Assembly (NCBI GenBank): GCA_029210695.1
Contig: JARGFH010000003.1
Span: 1 to 64,000 of the forward strand
Reading direction: 5' to 3'
Length of the DNA: 64,000 bases
Source: Acidimicrobiia bacterium
GTDB taxonomy: Bacteria > Actinomycetota > Acidimicrobiia > Spongiisociales > JAHEDJ01
Shown here: piece by piece, positions 60,596 to 64,000 of the stretch
How the letters are laid out: the number at the start of each line of letters is the position of its first letter
Position numbering within the stretch: the first letter of the stretch is position 1
Translations under genes and position numbers: made by a program
The notes under the pieces: model-generated
The model's database searches: none
Told to the model about the DNA's origin: nothing
What the model saw: the letters and a program-made list of their open reading frames with translations, nothing else

Positions 60596-62257
60596 ATGCT
60601 GACCACGCCGACCTACGTACTCACAAAATCCGAGAAGAGCTTCATCTCGCAACACCTGCTGTTCGCGTTCATCGCGCTTGCGATCGGGTCTTTATTCGGC
60701 CCCCTCCAGGCGTTCGAATTCAGCGGGGTCGACTTCTATCCGCTCCTCGAGCCGGTGATCCAGTCCTACTACCAGGGACTGACACTCCACGGCGTGCTCA
60801 ACGCACTGATATTCACGACCTTCTTCATCACCGGTTTTCTCACGCTGACCACGATCTACGGACTCAAGCGTCCGCTCAAATACCCGCTCCTCAACCGGAT
60901 CGGTTTCTGGACGATGGTCGTGGGTCTCTTGATGGCGGCGGTGCCGATCCTGCTCAACGAAGCCAGTGTTCTCTACACCTTCTATCCGCCCCTCCAAGCC
61001 AACGTGTTCTTCTACTTCGGCTTGACCCTGGTGGTGGTCGGCAGCTGGCTTGAAGGCTACGGATTCATCTTCACCTGGCGCGAGTGGCGCAAAGAGAATC
61101 CGGGAGTTCGGACGCCGCTAATGACCTTTGGCGGCCTAATCACCATGGTGATGTGGCAACTTGCCACGCTCGGCATTGCAGTTGAAATCTTGACAATGCT
61201 CATTCCCTGGGCGTTGGGGTGGATCGACGGAGCCGATCCACAGCTGGCCAGAACTTACTTCTGGTTCACGGGTCATCCACTGGTCTACTTCTGGCTCCTG
61301 CCTGCCTACGTGTCGTGGTACGCCATGCTTCCGAAGCAGGCCGGCGGGAAGCTCTTCAGTGATTCTCTGGCGAGGATCGCCTTCTGGTTGTTCCTGCTTC
61401 TGTCGGTGCCTCTCGGGTTCCACCATCAGTTCGTCGACCCGGGCGTTCCGGCGGGGTGGAAGTACATCCATGCGATCCTCACCTACGCGGTGTTCTTCCC
61501 TTCCATGATCACTGCGTTCACAGTCATCGCTTCGCTCGAACGTGCAGGACGAAATCGAGGCGGCAAGGGGTGGCTCGGCTGGATACCGAAACTCCCGTGG
61601 AATGATCCGTCGGTCAGCGCCCAGTTGCTCGCCGGCATTCTGTTCTTCTTCGGAGGCATCGGGGGGATTACCAACGCCTCCTACAACATCAACCTCGTAA
61701 TCCACAACACGGCCTGGGTCTCCGGGCACTTCCATCTCACCGTGGCCTCGGCCTCCGCATTGTCGTTCATGGGGATCTCCTACTGGCTCGTGCCGTATCT
61801 CCGCGGCAGACGGCTGTGGAGTCGCAAATGGGCCCAGATCCAAACGTGGCTCTGGTTCGTTGGGATGCTGATCTTTTCGAATGCGATGCATGTCCTCGGT
61901 CTGCTCGGTGCACCGCGACGGACACCGCTGGGTGAGGCGCCGTATGTGCCGGACGAATGGAGCGGCCATCTGCTGCGCACCAGCATCGGCGGCGCCATCC
62001 TGTTCGTTTCCGCCTACATGTTCATCTTCAATATCGCCAGGACCTGGTGGTCGAAGAAACTGCTCGCCGGCCCCGGTGAAGAAGTAGAGATCCCGGCGGC
62101 GGAATCGGTGCATCCAGCTCAGGAGACGCCGGCGAAGCTCGACTGGTGGACGCCCTGGCTGATCGGCACGGTGGCGCTGATCCTGGTTGCCTACGGTCCA
62201 CAGTTGATCGAGCAGATCGGCAACATCGATCTGTCGTCTCCGGGGTTCAGGCCCTAA
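60596..62257 (+). CDS. cbaA: ba3-type (B-family) cytochrome c oxidase subunit I
   Basis: YYQGLTLHGVLNA, WFTGHPLVYFWLLPAY, GFHHQF, GHFH, PRR. Confidence 0.95.
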   Translation: MLTTPTYVLTKSEKSFISQHLLFAFIALAIGSLFGPLQAFEFSGVDFYPLLEPVIQSYYQGLTLHGVLNALIFTTFFITGFLTLTTIYGLKRPLKYPLLNRIGFWTMVVGLLMAAVPILLNEASVLYTFYPPLQANVFFYFGLTLVVVGSWLEGYGFIFTWREWRKENPGVRTPLMTFGGLITMVMWQLATLGIAVEILTMLIPWALGWIDGADPQLARTYFWFTGHPLVYFWLLPAYVSWYAMLPKQAGGKLFSDSLARIAFWLFLLLSVPLGFHHQFVDPGVPAGWKYIHAILTYAVFFPSMITAFTVIASLERAGRNRGGKGWLGWIPKLPWNDPSVSAQLLAGILFFFGGIGGITNASYNINLVIHNTAWVSGHFHLTVASASALSFMGISYWLVPYLRGRRLWSRKWAQIQTWLWFVGMLIFSNAMHVLGLLGAPRRTPLGEAPYVPDEWSGHLLRTSIGGAILFVSAYMFIFNIARTWWSKKLLAGPGEEVEIPAAESVHPAQETPAKLDWWTPWLIGTVALILVAYGPQLIEQIGNIDLSSPGFRP

Positions 62258-62293
62258 CCGCACCAGGAGTTCCGGCGCGACGCGTCCGTTCGG

Positions 62294-62381
62294 TCCCCCC
62301 TTGGGGGGAAGGGACCCGCTGCGCAAGCAGCGGGTAGGGGGGCACCGGACTCCTAGGTTCTGGGTTTTAGGTTCTGGGTTC
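62294..62381. repeat. Double-hairpin intergenic element followed by four heptamers
   Basis: TCCCCCC-TT-GGGGGGA, ACCCGCTGC-GCAA-GCAGCGGGT, then T(A/G)GGTT(C/T) x4. Confidence 0.6.
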
Positions 62382-62478
62382 TACCTCGTCACGCTCGACG
62401 CGGTCGGCTCACCGCCTATGGCTGATTGCCAATTCCGGCGATCAGCGGCATACGGCTCGCCATTACTCTCCCCGACCT

Positions 62479-64000
62479 ATGAACACCGAGCGTCTCAACG
62501 AACTCCAGCCTGCGGTCGACTGGGACGCCCGCCAGGGCGGAGTGGTCAAGCGGTGGCTCAATCGGTTCGAGTCGTGGTCTCTGGCTGTTGAGCGTCTCGT
62601 TGGTAGATTCGTTCGTGACCAGAACCTGAATCCGCTTTATCACACCGGCACAATCACGGTCTTCTTGCTGGTGCTGCTCCTCCTGACGGGCATCTATTTG
62701 ACGCTGTTCTATCAGTTCGGATTCGACGCCACCTACGTGGCCGTGGCGGGCATTGAGAGCAACCCGGTCGGCCGGATCATCCGTGCCGTTCACCGTTATG
62801 CCTCCGCAGCCACGCTGATAACGGCCGTTATCCACGCATGGAGAACGTTCTTCATGGATCGATTCCGGGGAGCCCGCTGGACTGCGTGGGTCACCGGCGT
62901 GGCCTCTGTGTCGCTTGTTTGGCTGGCGGGCGTCACAGGCTATTGGATGATTTGGGACGTCACCGCCGGCCCATTGAATCAGTCGTTGATCGACCTGATC
63001 GATTGGGTTCCCGGCGCGGATGCGTTCATCGTCAACACACTCACCCCTGGATTTTCTGGATCTGGCTGGGTGTTTCTCGTGTTGGTCATCACTGCGCATG
63101 TGCTGGTGAGCGCGATCATCGGCGTGATGCTCTGGTATCACCTCCGGCGGCTGAACCGGGCTCACTGGTTGCCACCTGCCCATTGGATGTGGGTATCCGG
63201 CGCTGTATTGCTGTTAGCTGCCATTGCGATGCCGGTCGGGATGCTTCCTGCGATGGACGTCACCGAGCGGGTTGGGACGCTCGACCTCGATCTGTGGTTT
63301 CTCACCTACCTTCCTGCTGCGTTGCGCAGCCCCCTGTTGGTATGGGTTGCCGTTGCCACGGTGACGATCCTTGGAGCTGCGATCCCCTGGTTGCTGCGGC
63401 GCAGGCTGCCGGCCCCGGTGGTGGTGGACGCGCTGCGGTGCACCGGGTGCACGCTCTGTTTCGTCGACTGCCCGTACACGGCGATCACGATGGGCCGGCA
63501 GGAAACCGGTGATCTGCTGGCCATCGTCGATCCACGAAAGTGCGTTTCGTGTGGAATCTGTATCGGGAGTTGTCCACCGCTTGCCATCTCTTTTGACGGC
63601 AAGCCACCCGAGACCGGTTGGCCTTTGGTTCACCCGGAATTCCGGGAGGGAGCGGAAGTCTCCTATGTATGTGAGCGGCATCTGCAGCAGGGGGCCCGCG
63701 ACGTGTCGGGAATCGTGATTCCGGTTACGTGCGTCGGGATGATCCATCCTGATGAGGTAGAGGCAGTGCTGTTTGCGGGAGCCAGTCGGGTGCGCCTGAT
63801 TGGATGTCCGCCGGACGACTGCTCCAACCGGGAGGGAAATGAGTGGGCCCAGGCCCGATTGACCGGGCAGCGGCGCCCGAAAGCCCATGAGGGACTCGAT
63901 CTCGATCGGGTCGAATTCGACTGGAGAGCGCCGGGGAATTCCCCGACGGTCAATGCTCCGGTGAGGTTCCGGGAGGTGGTTCCACCGCCACATTGGAAGC
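62479..64000 (+). CDS. Cytochrome b + 2x[4Fe-4S] ferredoxin + MvhD/FlpD-like fusion (runs off window end; not in ORF track)
   Basis: Manual translation: NPLYHTG, RAVHRYAS..IHAWR, WVTG, GYW, AH..WYH; CTGCTLCFVDCP and CVSCGICIGSCP; YVC, TCVG, GCPPDDCSNREGN. Confidence 0.9.
   Translation, partial: MNTERLNELQPAVDWDARQGGVVKRWLNRFESWSLAVERLVGRFVRDQNLNPLYHTGTITVFLLVLLLLTGIYLTLFYQFGFDATYVAVAGIESNPVGRIIRAVHRYASAATLITAVIHAWRTFFMDRFRGARWTAWVTGVASVSLVWLAGVTGYWMIWDVTAGPLNQSLIDLIDWVPGADAFIVNTLTPGFSGSGWVFLVLVITAHVLVSAIIGVMLWYHLRRLNRAHWLPPAHWMWVSGAVLLLAAIAMPVGMLPAMDVTERVGTLDLDLWFLTYLPAALRSPLLVWVAVATVTILGAAIPWLLRRRLPAPVVVDALRCTGCTLCFVDCPYTAITMGRQETGDLLAIVDPRKCVSCGICIGSCPPLAISFDGKPPETGWPLVHPEFREGAEVSYVCERHLQQGARDVSGIVIPVTCVGMIHPDEVEAVLFAGASRVRLIGCPPDDCSNREGNEWAQARLTGQRRPKAHEGLDLDRVEFDWRAPGNSPTVNAPVRFREVVPPPHWK

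Noticed and set aside
60596..62257. Possible B-family-derived nitric oxide reductase
   Set aside because: The crosslinking Tyr (HPLVY) and proton-channel residues are retained, as in O2-reducing ba3
61136..62326. Long antisense or overlapping ORFs (also 907-1776, 16987-18051, 45516-46745, 52177-53100)
   Set aside because: Shadow frames of well-supported genes in GC-rich DNA; no motifs

Overview
GC-rich bacterial chromosomal segment, most consistent with Actinomycetota. Markers are bS22, PAC2, DUF3159, LCP, a PPOX/F420-type protein and many leaderless promoters; Acidimicrobiia is my inference. The content is mostly core genome: panB, rpsF-ssb-rpsR-rplI-dnaB, dcd with tRNA-Gly(CCC), thrB, csoR-copZ-copA, lnt, a split pur cluster (purA-D-E, purB, purC-S-Q-L-F-M), zur with a Zn ABC transporter, and ppk1 with a CYTH/CHAD gene. 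The left edge is the start of an IS1182-like element inserted at a CTAG. Five observations stand out: (1) a 471-aa DnaB P-loop intein whose LAGLIDADG endonuclease carries an inserted LacI-type helix-turn-helix, with a LacI-operator-like site just downstream of dnaB; (2) a Thermus-type ba3 oxidase operon between a membrane-anchored cytochrome c and a cytochrome b / 2x[4Fe-4S] / MvhD-like fusion that is absent from the ORF track; (3) two candidate sRNAs with C-rich loops, one with a sigma28-like promoter; (4) a single base (1796) that appears to have removed both the panB stop and the next gene's start; (5) a family of 60-bp-period palindromic repeats. All calls come from motif recognition by eye; no searches were run.
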